Shown here in pieces: positions 13,152 to 24,463 of a DNA stretch of 64,000 nucleotides (the stretch's first letter is position 1; each line of letters starts with the position of its first letter). The stretch is from the NCBI GenBank assembly GCA_965235115.1, contig OZ249436.1, positions 4,588,001 to 4,652,000 of the forward strand. The letters run 5' to 3'. The DNA comes from Laetmonice hystrix. Taxonomy: Eukaryota. The notes beneath the pieces are model-generated. The model made no database searches and was not told the DNA's origin. It saw only the letters and a list, made by a program, of their open reading frames with translations. A program made the translations under genes and the position numbers.

Positions 13152-13486
13152 CAGACGCGGATCCAAGGGGGTGGGGCGCAGGGGCACAGTGGCGCAGGGG
13201 CGCCCCCTTTTTTTCTGAAGAAGTGTAAACAATTATTGGTAGGCGATAAAATACTTTGAGAAATTTCTATCTTCAGATGCCGGAAAACAGCGGGTTTTTT
13301 TTGCCTTCTAAATTAAATTTTTTTCTGGAGGAGGACCTCCAGACCATCCCCGCGTATGTTATTTGTAAGCTATGCCTAAATACTTCACAATTTCTATCTC
13401 CAGATGCCGGGAAATAGCATTTTTCTGCCTTCTAAAATGAAAAAGGCACCTCCCCCTTTTCGTGCAGTGCTGGATGCTCGCCTCTG
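13152..13486. mobile_element. hAT-like MITE
   Basis: CAGACGCGGATCCA ... TGGATGCTCGCCTCTG imperfect TIRs; flanks GTGGTATA / TTGGTATG resemble a decayed 8-bp TSD. Confidence 0.55.
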
Positions 13487-15477
13487 TTGGTATGGATGGT
13501 ATATGTGATGACCTGTAGATGACATATACAGGCCGAGAGGTATGAGTCCACGGAGGGTTATGTGAAAAAGAAAATTGTACAGCTGTCAATGCCATTAATT
13601 GTTTAGCCGCCATTATTGTGGCTTGCTATACCTGCTCGGCATGGATATATTGTCAAGTCATCATTATCTCTATATTTCTGTCGTGTTGAGGTGGAATTTT
13701 CAAGCGTCACTGGCGTTACGAAAAATGGGCATGGAAAAATCTGGACAACTTTGATTCAAAACTGTCTTCAAACTACTGGCAGTAGAAAGTTGTTATATAC
13801 CATTACAAAACCATATCCCACTGAAATACAGATATAAAAGGCTGATTTATTGTCACCGATAATGTACATGTATATGAATATAGCGTGACTGATGTTACAA
13901 TTTCTCCACTTAAATTACCAGTCCATGAGCCAACACCTCACAGCCTGGATCAGTATATAGGTAAGATATGAGTTCTAAATGATATAGAGTTTTCGTGTAT
14001 CACAAATATCAACTATAGTTGTTCAATAATATTTTGTTCTATTCTATATGATGTCGTGCGTCACTATGGAGCTGTTGAATACAGGAACATTTGACTGATG
14101 AAAGTCAAGTTGTAGTTCTATGTGACAGTCACAGTCCCACAGACCAACTCTATCATTTGTAGTAGCTTTCAGGTCTGATCATGTTACTGCACCAGTTAAA
14201 TCTTTTCTACAGTAATTTGTTGTATTTTTGGTCCATGTCCACCTAGTCATGAAATTGCCCCACTCATTACGGTCGATTGAAAGCAGTACGTTTTCATCAG
14301 ATTTCCACATTCGTAATCAAAGCTCTGGTAGAAGTTCATAAACTCGGTCAAACATGAAACGCGTGTAGCGTCTTTGCATTTTGACCATTTTAGCTTGGAA
14401 GATGTAGTCATCTTGACGGTCACTTTCATCATATCCTCAGCTGCGTGCAATTAGATGGGTTCCAAGTCCATGTACCCCTCAACGTCGGCATTAATCTATC
14501 AACTCCTCCCCTGCAAATCACTTACTTAGGATTCCCTAAACTAACACGTGGAAGGGATGCATTTCGGGACAGGCAGTGATCTTGACACGTTGACATCAGA
14601 GAGCTTGGTGGCTTCGTTGACATCAGAGAGGTTTTATTAGTGGGATCGCATCAGGTGTGGCGCCGCCAGCTCAGGTAATTAAAGTAGTTCTGTAGGTGAA
14701 GCACCTTAAGACGGCAGGGTGGGATACGGTTCGAGAAAACATAAACAAGTGGCATGCAACCGTCTTCATGTAAGTTTAAGCCTTCAGATGAGTTTTTAAA
14801 CTCTTTAACGGTCATCGTGAATGTCTGTTTACATCTTACTATAACAATACAATATGATATTTATGCGAGTATAACTTAGGTTTTCAACGTAATATCTCAT
14901 ATTGTGTAATTATCTTGTTACGTCAGTAGATGCAGGCCAATTAGGCCTAGCTACGGACTGGAACAAATGATCGAGACGCCATCTACTCTATAATATAAAC
15001 ACAAAAACAAAATCTCCGTTCTTAGTCCTCTCAATAATTAGCAGAATTATTCACCCTATCGCTCGTTAAGCAGCAAATCGAAAGAAACCGGTTACATGCA
15101 TGATGACGCTTTTTTTATTTAAAAAAAAATTATTAATAAGCAGATACATGTGTACAGTATAGCTGGAACATGACAGACTGAATCATATGGAATCACAGAC
15201 TTATATGTCTGTAAATGTCATAATGAACTAGGAATTAACATGGCAGCTTGAAGTATACACATAAAATAGTTTTAACAAGTCAGACAGAAACAATTTAAGT
15301 AATGTAAACACTTTCAACCTGAAAGTTCACCCTGACTCTAAAAAGGTAAAATACGTTAAACATTGTACTGGAGGATATGCGTTAGAACTACGCAGCAGGG
15401 CGGTAGAATATGAGCGGTGATTTGGTCGAGCCTCCTCACATTGACGTTGTACGTCTGTAGCTATGGGCCCGACTTAC

Positions 15478-15643
15478 ATCCGAGGTTATTTTCTCAACCG
15501 GAAACCGGAAATGGCCTCGGAAGTACCGATTGATGGTAAGGTCTCCTTCGACCATTCGGACCATTGGACCAGCAGCTAGTGTTTCCGCCGACCCTGCTGA
15601 TTGGACTATCATTTCAGGGTCGTGAACGTTGATTGGTTGTCGA
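15478..15643 (-). CDS. Candidate coding exon (RQPINVHDPEMIVQSAGSAETLAAGPMVRMVEGDLTINRYFRGHFRFPVEKITSD), unidentified protein
   Basis: Strong pyrimidine-tract acceptor CTTTGCTCCCAATCTTTGTTGTTACAG, open frame, perfect GTAAGT donor; an overlapping plus-strand exon reading competes. Confidence 0.35.
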
Positions 15644-15972
15644 CTGTAACAACAAAGATTGGGAGCAAAGACAGCGTACCTCCGTTCTAAGCGCCTGTAA
15701 AAACACAGTGTACGAAGTGTATCATGAGGGCCGGTCTGTCCGGCTTGTAAATATCACTTTGTTGACAAGCTTACCATTAGCTGCTTATCAATGACTTGGA
15801 GAACGTAGTTGCTCCATTTCCAGGCTCATAATGACCCTAACAACTGCTCGCAGAGTGGAGACTTCCGGTTCCGTCTCTGATTTCCGTTTCCGGGCATGAC
15901 TATATGAGTGAGTTTTATTCAGATTGTTGTCTTTCTTTTCTTTTCCTTCTCTCTCGGAAATTCCCGATACGT

Positions 15973-16660
15973 CCATCTAGTGTGTGTAGTATTGATACAC
16001 TGGCCACCATTGATCCCATCTAGTGTGTGTAGTATTGATACACTGGCCACCATTGATCCCATCTAGTGTGTGTAGTATTGATACACTGGCCACCATTGAT
16101 CCCATCTAGTGTGTGTAGTATTGATACACTGGCCACCATTGATCCCATCTAGTGTGTGTAGTATTGATACACTGGCCACCATTGATCCCATCTAGTGTGT
16201 GTAGTATTGATACACTGGCCACCATTGATCCCATCTAGTGTGTGTAGTATTGATACACTGGCCACCATTGATCCCATCTAGTGTGTGTAGTATTGATACA
16301 CTGGCCACCATTGATCCCATCTAGTGTGTGTAGTATTGATACACTGGCCACCATTGATCCCATCTAGTGTGTGTAGTATTGATACACTGGCCACCATTGA
16401 TCCCATCTAGTGTGTGTAGTATTGATACACTGGCCACCATTGATCCCATCTAGTGTGTGTAGTATTGATACACTGGCCACCATTGATCCCATCTAGTGTG
16501 TGTAGTATTGATACACTGGCCACCATTGATCCCATCTAGTGTGTGTAGTATTGATACACTGGCCACCATTGATCCCATCTAGTGTGTGTACTATTGATAC
16601 ACTGGCCACTATTGATCCCATCTAGTGTGTGTACTATTGATACACTGGCCACCATTGATC
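15973..16660. repeat. Minisatellite, 43-bp unit, 16 near-identical copies
   Basis: CCATCTAGTGTGTGTAGTATTGATACACTGGCCACCATTGATC; 688 bp = 16 x 43. Confidence 0.98.
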
Positions 16661-17239
16661 ATAATATCACGTGGACATCGATCTGGTATTTACTGGATTT
16701 ATTGCGCTGCACACTTCCTGGCATTCAAAAATTGGACCATTAATCATATCCAATGTCGTAATTTATCGTCCAAGTTTCCTCGTATGAATGGTTGTCTAAT
16801 CCTGGTTATGTTTTGTCAGTTGCGTTTCCAGCGTTTGCCTTTTATTGACCTTGATGCATCCCAACGGTAGTAACATCGGGAGCCACATTAAACCCGTCAT
16901 CTTGTACGTAATGTAGCCATAAAATGTGTTGGTGGTGGTGGTGAGGAAATGGCTGTGATAAAAATAGCCATGTTATTTCTGTGTTAGGTCTTTAATTATT
17001 TGGTTTCTCGTTGCCCGCGCGGTCACCTGAAACTCTCCACCTCCGGCGTCAACGGAAGGCGTTACAGCACTCTGACCGAAGATAACGGGTCTTTGCCCTG
17101 TAGTCGAGTATTGCTGTGAGTTTCCACATGTCTTAAAGTAAATATTGAACATGTTTGCAGCAGCAATCGACCATTGCCTTGTATTATCGAGACAAAAATA
17201 TATTCTTTTTAATTTAAAAGGCCACGTCACCGCACCAAC

Positions 17240-17450
17240 TACCTTAATCCCCCACTTACCTGTCCTATTCCCTAGCGCACAAAAGTTCAAATTTCAGACA
17301 GCTCAGCATGTCCTATTCAAAATGTGACAGATACATGACTTGGTTTTGATAAGGCTGTTCTGTTATCGGTTGTTACCCCCGACCTTTTCGGGCTTTTCGG
17401 ACTGTCGGACAATTTTTGGCTACTTCGGGAATAGGGCAGGTAAGTGGGTA
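17240..17450. mobile_element. TA-flanked MITE, copy 2 (same family as 7394-7612)
   Basis: Shared internal ACAGCTCAGCATGTCCTATT...ATGTGACAGATACATGAC and shared TIR motifs. Confidence 0.75.
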
Positions 17451-20070
17451 ATATATCACGAATTTCAAATAATACGTCGTGTTTCAGCAAAAATATGTCT
17501 GCATTGTGGTTCTCCGATATGCCCCAAAGGTCTCCTACCCGTCTATGTAGGTTTGGCCTACAAAAAATCGCCAATTCTTAATGCGGTCACTGAAAATGAC
17601 ACACTTAGATTCCGAGACCCCGGGATTTGCAGCCGGCTGTGTTTTGCACCCTTTTCACACGATCGTCGGATGGGCCATTATTATAGTCCCGCTATCATTT
17701 TATAGATTTGTTATTTATTTATTTATTTATTTGTTTATTTATTTTTTGTTATTTGCTTAGATGGCGGATTCATCGCACTTTGCGGACACTGCAGCTAGTT
17801 TTATTCATTTTTCTACATTAGGGAGAATTTCACAGCTGTCTACTTGTAGTATGTGCTAACAGAATCAATATGAAAAACAATCAGTGCCATAAAGTACGTC
17901 AGTGGTGAGCAGGTAAGCAGAAAACTGAAGATTTCGGTCGATACCCCCGTGACATATTTCCTTTAAGGAAATATTTTTATTTTATTTGACTGACATAAGT
18001 GAAGCAGCAGTGTTTGAAGCCCTTGAATCAGTTTAGAAACACTTGTAGAGATAGACCAAGCCAAGTGTAGAAGCTCATGAGTAGTGGAGCGGGCCCCTCT
18101 GCATTATGGGAGATTGGTATATTTGATATGAAAGGACAAGAAACGAACTTGTTTTGCCTAATGGGGTAGCTAGAAGAGATAGTTCTGACGGTTGAACCCT
18201 GGATAACTCTCGACTCATACCAAAACCATCCCCGGCGTCCTCGAGTCGTCATGCCATGCCACAGCTCAGGTTATACACACACACGTCCATTAGGAGACAT
18301 TTTGTCTGTAAGGGATATGAAGCAGTATTCAGCAAACCTACATGGAATATTTTATTATCCAATGTGTACTCAGCATAAAGTACATATTTATGAACTGAAG
18401 ACCATTGGTCGGGTCTCACTATCCTCGCTGGCCTCTTTCACGCTCTCGACGTTACGGTCTGACGTCACAAAATCACGTGACCCGTTTGGTTTGTACACCA
18501 TATTACATTGGGCGTTCATCATTTTTCTGTTCAGTTCGCTGCGCACAATTCGTTATTCGTTCAGCTCGTGTGCCCTATGGCCCCCACGTAATTATGGGAG
18601 TTGATGAAGTCAATATTCGCCACGTTATACTTAACGACCCCGACAGATGAAAACATGACAAGACATCATGCTGTGGTTTTGTTAGTCATACTGGCTATGT
18701 CTGTATGGTAGTCAATGTGTTAGCTATACCCGCTGTACACATACATAATCTCCACAGTCCCCAGTCAATTCTTAGCTTTGGTTGTATAACGTCATGTGTG
18801 CATTTCTACAACATCAACGGTCTATCCTGTTTTCTATTGTGACAGCCCGGGTCGTAATGGTCGACTCCATGCAAAAATACCAAACAATCTTTAACTTTGG
18901 TCATGTTATTAAAGGAAGGGAAAACAAAACAGTCTAATGACAAATATTTCTATATGCCATACCCAACTAAAGCAACCCACAATATAAATTATATGTTGAC
19001 TTATAACCTAGTAATTCAGTTTGAAGTAGGAAGCTATCACTGACATTTTCTAACATTCATTTTGAAAGTTTAAATAGAACAACGGAACATCGACACTATA
19101 ATAACAGACAAGGGGTTATTAATTTAAGATATTTTTCCCTCTAAATCTGCAAGAGCCTTTCGGGACAGATTTCCGTGCACACATGTTGGATGTGGGAAAT
19201 TTGTCCGTCAAACAGTTGTGTAAATAAGCTTATATGGAAGTGTAAACTGAAACGGACGTTTCCACATTCATGACCGTGCAGGTTGTGAGGTAGTATACGG
19301 CTATCTCCACTGTGCAGATGTGCTAAATCCTGGCCAAATATCCGCATCTAAAGGAAACGTTAAGGTAAAGTACCTGTCCCTGCTTTATTGGGATCCATTA
19401 TAGTCGGCCATTTTTCATGTGATCAACGTAAAACTTGGTTTATGTTCATACCTTCAACGAAGTGTAGTGCGTCATTCTGAAAATCCCCTAGGGGTCGCTG
19501 TGAAAGGTGAACACCTTCTCAGTAACTGGCAACTTTATCAACACAGATTCAATAAAATATGCGAACGACAATGTACGAACCCAACCGACCAAGAACCGAG
19601 CTGAGTCGACTATAGGACGAAACTATCACAGGAACTAGGAAAACGAAGGTAAGACAAGCCTGAAGATTTACCTTTACAGAATTATTCAGCAAGCCTGGTG
19701 AGGGTTTGTAATTTTGAAACGGCATGAGAGCCATTAGCTGAGAATGACATGAAAAGTTGTGATGTAGGGGGGTAGTATAGTGAACAGTCCTATCATATCG
19801 ACTAAATCAATAGTTTTGCATCGTTTTTCTACACTAATATTGGAATATGTAGGGTGAAAACATTTGAGCTTTTACTGTTTATCTTTAGTGGATAGTGCTC
19901 AGTGGATTCTCCGCCGTCTCCTTGAGTCCTGAAACATGACTTTGAGGCGATGATGCGCGATAGGACAGAGATAAAACCCCGGCAGGATTATAGCAGTCGC
20001 TCGGCCGCAGACCGCCAGCGTGATGTCCAAGGAAACCTTGTGCTTTGCGGTACTACGCGATGTCTTTACC

Positions 20071-20718
20071 CTAATCCATGGGAGTTGGTACACACAATGT
20101 GATGACGTTTTCGACATCTCTAGTAACTGAACTTTCCAGACACAATGTGTTGTCATAGCCTTTAGGAACAACACAAAAAAATATTAACAACGTAGCTAAA
20201 GCCTGTGCAGAGTCAGATTTCCATATACCATAAAATTTAAGGTCATCGGCGACAAAGGCTGCCTGGGCAGCATCTCGCCTGAGAGAGTGCATGGTCATAC
20301 GAGCAGCCTGAAAGGCCGTCCTGATGATAACTGCTGAATTGAGAGGGCGGTAACGGTCTACCATAAAAGCCGGGGAATATTCAGAGTATTTGTAGACCTG
20401 GGAATATTGACGCCAGGCGTTGACTGAACAATATGGTGATGAAAGAATGTTGTGAACCTCTAGGGCTACACTTTGGCCGCAACAAAGTGTTTTGGATGAC
20501 TTTATATTGGCGACTAGCCCAGCCTGTGTCACTTTAATGTCAGCGCGTGTCAACGTATGTGGACCGCCCCAAGTTGTAACAGAGGGGGACATGTAGGTTG
20601 ACCAACTGTCTGACAAACCTTTCACACATAAACCGTTTGTGGGATATACCAGTGCATAATATCTATACAATTCTTTAGCATTACACCCGAGGTTATCTCT
20701 AACCTGACGGAAACACAC
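20071..20718 (-). pseudogene. Decayed tyrosine recombinase of a DIRS/Ngaro-type retrotransposon
   Basis: Longest non-repeat ORF (215 aa). Motifs in the expected order: HTLTRADI, IKSSKT, PYCSVNAWRQY (CPVxA-like), SPAF, HSLRR (HxxR, 20289-20278), GIWKSD. First catalytic Arg appears replaced by Trp and the terminal catalytic Tyr is not evident. Confidence 0.8.
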
Positions 20719-21591
20719 AGAATTGGCCGAGGGGTTCCGAATGCGGTCTACCGGTCGCGTTTTGGTGTAGAGGCATCCCGAATTGCGGATACCGCCAGTT
20801 TTAAATGGAGGTAGGCCTAGTGAGCTGCAAAAGCCTGGAGATCTTATTATATTGCAAGAACAGCCGAAATGGGTGTGTGATCTTGTGGGTAAGTGTGTTA
20901 GCTGAATGGATGAGTCAAAACGGGAAAGTATAGGGATAAGTTGCCAAACAAGAGTAATGTAAGCCTGCTACTTATTAGGCAACACTGAAAATATGGGGTG
21001 GGGGGTGGGGGATTAAGCCCCCTAGCCCCCCCCCCCCCCGAATTACGGCCCTGGAACGAGTCCTATAAGTACGGGTCCACTAATATTTACATTCAGAAAG
21101 GTTAGACGAAAGAACAAGGATATATTATTAAAACATTATTAAAGTGGATAATGTTAAATAAGATAGGAAACACAGGAGTATTACATAACTTGGTCTCTTC
21201 CCGTGCCTGATCTATGTCTACCTGTCGGCGAACACCAACACCAGGGAATGGCGATCGACTGGCGTTCCTTGTTACACACCTCCCAACCACATTGTTTTTC
21301 ACACCTTTAGTTTGGGAGAGAGTGTCTCAGGGGAGCGGTATATGTTATAGTCCAGACTCCCGAATTCCGAACTCGACTACTTTACAGTTCCTCTGGGTAC
21401 TGCCCTCAACACATGTGTCGTTATCTGCGCAAGTCGGTAAGTTCCAGGACACCACCAACGAAAAACCAATTTAGTTATACTTGACACTTAGACTTTGGCG
21501 TCATTAAGTGACTCTCAGAAGGTATCAATAATAGCAGTCATAAATTACCGCTAATTATCCACTAATTATCACACGGAGTAGGAGGTATTAA

Positions 21592-21931
21592 AGGTGCTAT
21601 TCGTCTCGCACAGAATGGCATTTCTCCCATCATACATTGTGCACATAGTACTAGAACAAATTCCTACTGATACCATTGGCCTGATAAACCTTCTATCAGT
21701 TTGTGTGCAGCATTTGAAAGCTATCGCGGTGCGCACCGAGATAGAGCCATTTCCTATGGTGGGGCATGTCAGGGTCTCCACAGGCCTTCTGAGAGAGCCC
21801 CATTTGTGCCGTTATCCATGAAAAATTTTGATTTCCTTTGTTGTGAATCTATTTCCATGATAGGTGGGATCACATAAACGTCAACAAAATTAAAAATAAA
21901 AAAATTGAATTTTTGTTCACGAATAGCACCT
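21592..21931. mobile_element. Kolobok-type MITE
   Basis: TTAA|AGGTGCTATTCGT ... ACGAATAGCACCT|TTAA; perfect 13-bp TIR and TTAA TSD. Confidence 0.85.
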
Positions 21932-22416
21932 TTAAATCAAAGATGAAAATTTCTGTGGGCGACCTGAAAAAAGGTAATTTTAGAACTCGTATCACTGTTC
22001 ATGAGAGCTCGACTGGATATAACGAATTCAGATCAATCCGGAGCGAACACTCCCTGCTGTGTGTTCACTGTCCCTTCTTTTGACCACCTATTTTTGGGGT
22101 AACATGTCACTCAGTTCCTGACCTTGTAATCATGTTAAAAGGAACCGAGTGGGCCGCGCTAATTGATTGATTCAGGTACACGTGCCGAATTACAGACAGA
22201 CCGCCTGCAGTTCTGCATTTGTATAGGTCTGATTTCGATGAGCCGCCCACGCCAGAACAAGACCACTGGCTCCTTCACGATCTTTAAAGCCTTTACTGAC
22301 CTTTTCCTGCAACAATGTCCACCGCGTCGATGAGTACTGACTCCCACCACACCTGTCCCATAAGGTCCCAGCTTCATAAAGGCTCTAAGCAGCAAGCTTG
22401 AAGCTAAGCAGGGCTA

Positions 22417-22604
22417 CGGTGGCCCACGAGGACACAGTCACGTTATCTTTATAAATTGATTTTAATGGATATTTTCACATCATTGGAAATATCACCATTG
22501 TGAAAATATTACCACCACGTTTTAATTATTATTTCTGTGAAAATATCGATAAAATCAATCTAGAAAGATAAAACAGTAACGGTTTTTGTCCCTATGGGCT
22601 GCAG
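22417..22604. mobile_element. Degenerate TA-flanked foldback MITE
   Basis: TA|CGGTGGCCCA ... TGGGCTGCAG|TA with extended imperfect arms (GATATTTTCACA / TGTGAAAATATC). Confidence 0.55.
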
Positions 22605-22948
22605 TAGATCTCCTTAGCTTAAAGACTGCTACTTCGAGCCTTTCTGAAATTGGGCCCAGGAGTACCATCCAACGTAATTATCGAATTTTGCCAAATGATG
22701 ATCCACATAGGCATTTCAATTAAGAATGTGCAATGAATATGACGCAGAGGGCAATAACAAACGTGATCTTCACCCTACCTGTGTTTGCTATTTCTATGCT
22801 AGATATGTAAGAATTGGGGAAAATTGCAACTGTTCCGGTGTTTTGATGGATCCTTAGTGTGAAAAAGGTATAAGTCGCCGCTGTGAAACTAGGTCACGAG
22901 TCTCAGTTTCGTGGCGTCAGCGTCGCGTGGCAGGAGACGTTGCTAATT

Positions 22949-23077
22949 TCTCTATGTGTGAGAGGTTCATAATATCTCTATGTGTGAGAGGTTCATAATA
23001 TCTCTATGTGTGAGAGGTTCATAATATCTCTATGTGTGAGAGGTTCATAATATCTCTATGTGTGAGAGGTTCATAAT
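22949..23077. repeat. 26-bp tandem repeat, ~5 copies
   Basis: TCTCTATGTGTGAGAGGTTCATAATA repeated. Confidence 0.95.
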
Positions 23078-23317
23078 CAGCAAAACCAAAACCAATGTGC
23101 ATGTCACCCGCGTGTTATCTCAACCAATGTTTTTGTTCAGCAAAAAAGGAATCAAGTATTTATGGTCAGACCACCTTGCATTAGTCTAATTCCATTTGAC
23201 TTGGCAGCACGATGTGACGGAAAAAAAATAGTAAGAACCCTCAGAGTTTAATTAATAGTAGAAATTGAAGAAAAAGTCATTCAGCAAATAGGCTGAAGTA
23301 TGTGCATTGGGCGAGGT

Positions 23318-24284
23318 ATTACCAACGAGCCAGCGATTACTGCGTCTGTGTTCCATACAGTTGGGACTCGTTTATTGTCTGTGTTCCATACAGTTGGGAC
23401 TCGTTTATTGCAGACATTACCAACGAGCCAGCGATTACCGCGTCTGTGTTCTATACAGTTGGGACTCGTTTATTGCAGACATTAAACGAGCCAGCGATTA
23501 CCGCGTCTGTGTTCTATACAGTTGGGACTCGTTTATTGCAGACATTACCAACGAGCCAGCGATTACCGCGTCTGTGTTCCATACAGTTGGCACTCGTTTA
23601 TTGCAGACATTAAACGAGCCAGCGATTACCGAGTCTGTGTTCCATACAGTTGGCACTCGTTTATTGCAGACATTACCAACGAGCCAGCGATTACCGCGTC
23701 TGTGTTCCATACAGTTGGCACTCGTTTATTGCAGACATTAAACGAGCCAGCGATTACCGCGTCTGTGTTCTATACAGTTGGGACTCGTTTATTGCAGACA
23801 TTACCAACGAGCCAGCGATTACCGCGTCTGTGTTCCATACAGTTGGCACTCGTTTATTGCAGACATTACCAACGAGCCAGCGATTACCGCGTCTGTGTTC
23901 TATACAGTTGGGACTCGTTTATTGCAGACATTACCAACGAGCCAGCGATTACCGCGTCTGTGTTCCATACAGTTGGCACTCGTTTATTGCAGACATTACC
24001 AACGAGCCAGCGATTACCGCGTCTGTGTTCTATACAGTTGGGACTCGTTTATTGCAGACATTACCAACGAGCCAGCGATTACCGCGTCTGTGTTCCATAC
24101 AGTTTGCACTCGTTGATTGCAGACATTACCAACGAGCCAGCGATTACCGCGTCTGTGTTCCATACAGTTGGCACTCGTTTATTGTCTGTGTTCCATACAG
24201 TTGGGACTCGTTTATTGCAGACATTACCAACGAGCCAGCGATTACCGAGTCTGTGTTCCATACAGTTGGCACTCGTTTATTGCA
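23318..24284. repeat. Minisatellite, 65/63-bp units, ~15 copies
   Basis: ATTACCAACGAGCCAGCGATTACCGCGTCTGTGTTCCATACAGTTGGGACTCGTTTATTGCAGAC; unit starts 23416, 23481, 23544, 23609, 23672. Confidence 0.97.
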
Positions 24285-24290
24285 TTTCAC

Positions 24291-24463
24291 CTGGCGTGAC
24301 GTGGCGTTTGACGTGGCGTTTGACGTGGCGTTTGACGTGGCGTTTGACGTGGCGTTTGACGTGGCGTTTGACGTGGCGTTTGACGTGGCGTTTGACGTGG
24401 CGTTCGACGTGGCGTTCGACGTGACGTTTCACGTGGCGTTTGACGTGGCGTTTGACGTGACGT
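24291..24463. repeat. 12-bp tandem repeat TGACGTGGCGTT, ~14 copies
   Basis: Period 12 from 24297; directly abuts the 65-bp array. Confidence 0.97.

Noticed and set aside
9698-14450. Minus-strand exon candidates (NLEVLNRLWLADSSCGHF; GLKFYQWVRRDLLDCAW; KLKWSKCKDATRVSCL)
   Set aside because: Individually plausible, but splice signals are weak and phases could not be chained into a coherent gene
20230-20260. FVADDLKFY as a reverse-transcriptase YADD-like motif
   Set aside because: No upstream PQG motif; the surrounding HSLRR and GxWKSD motifs fit a tyrosine recombinase
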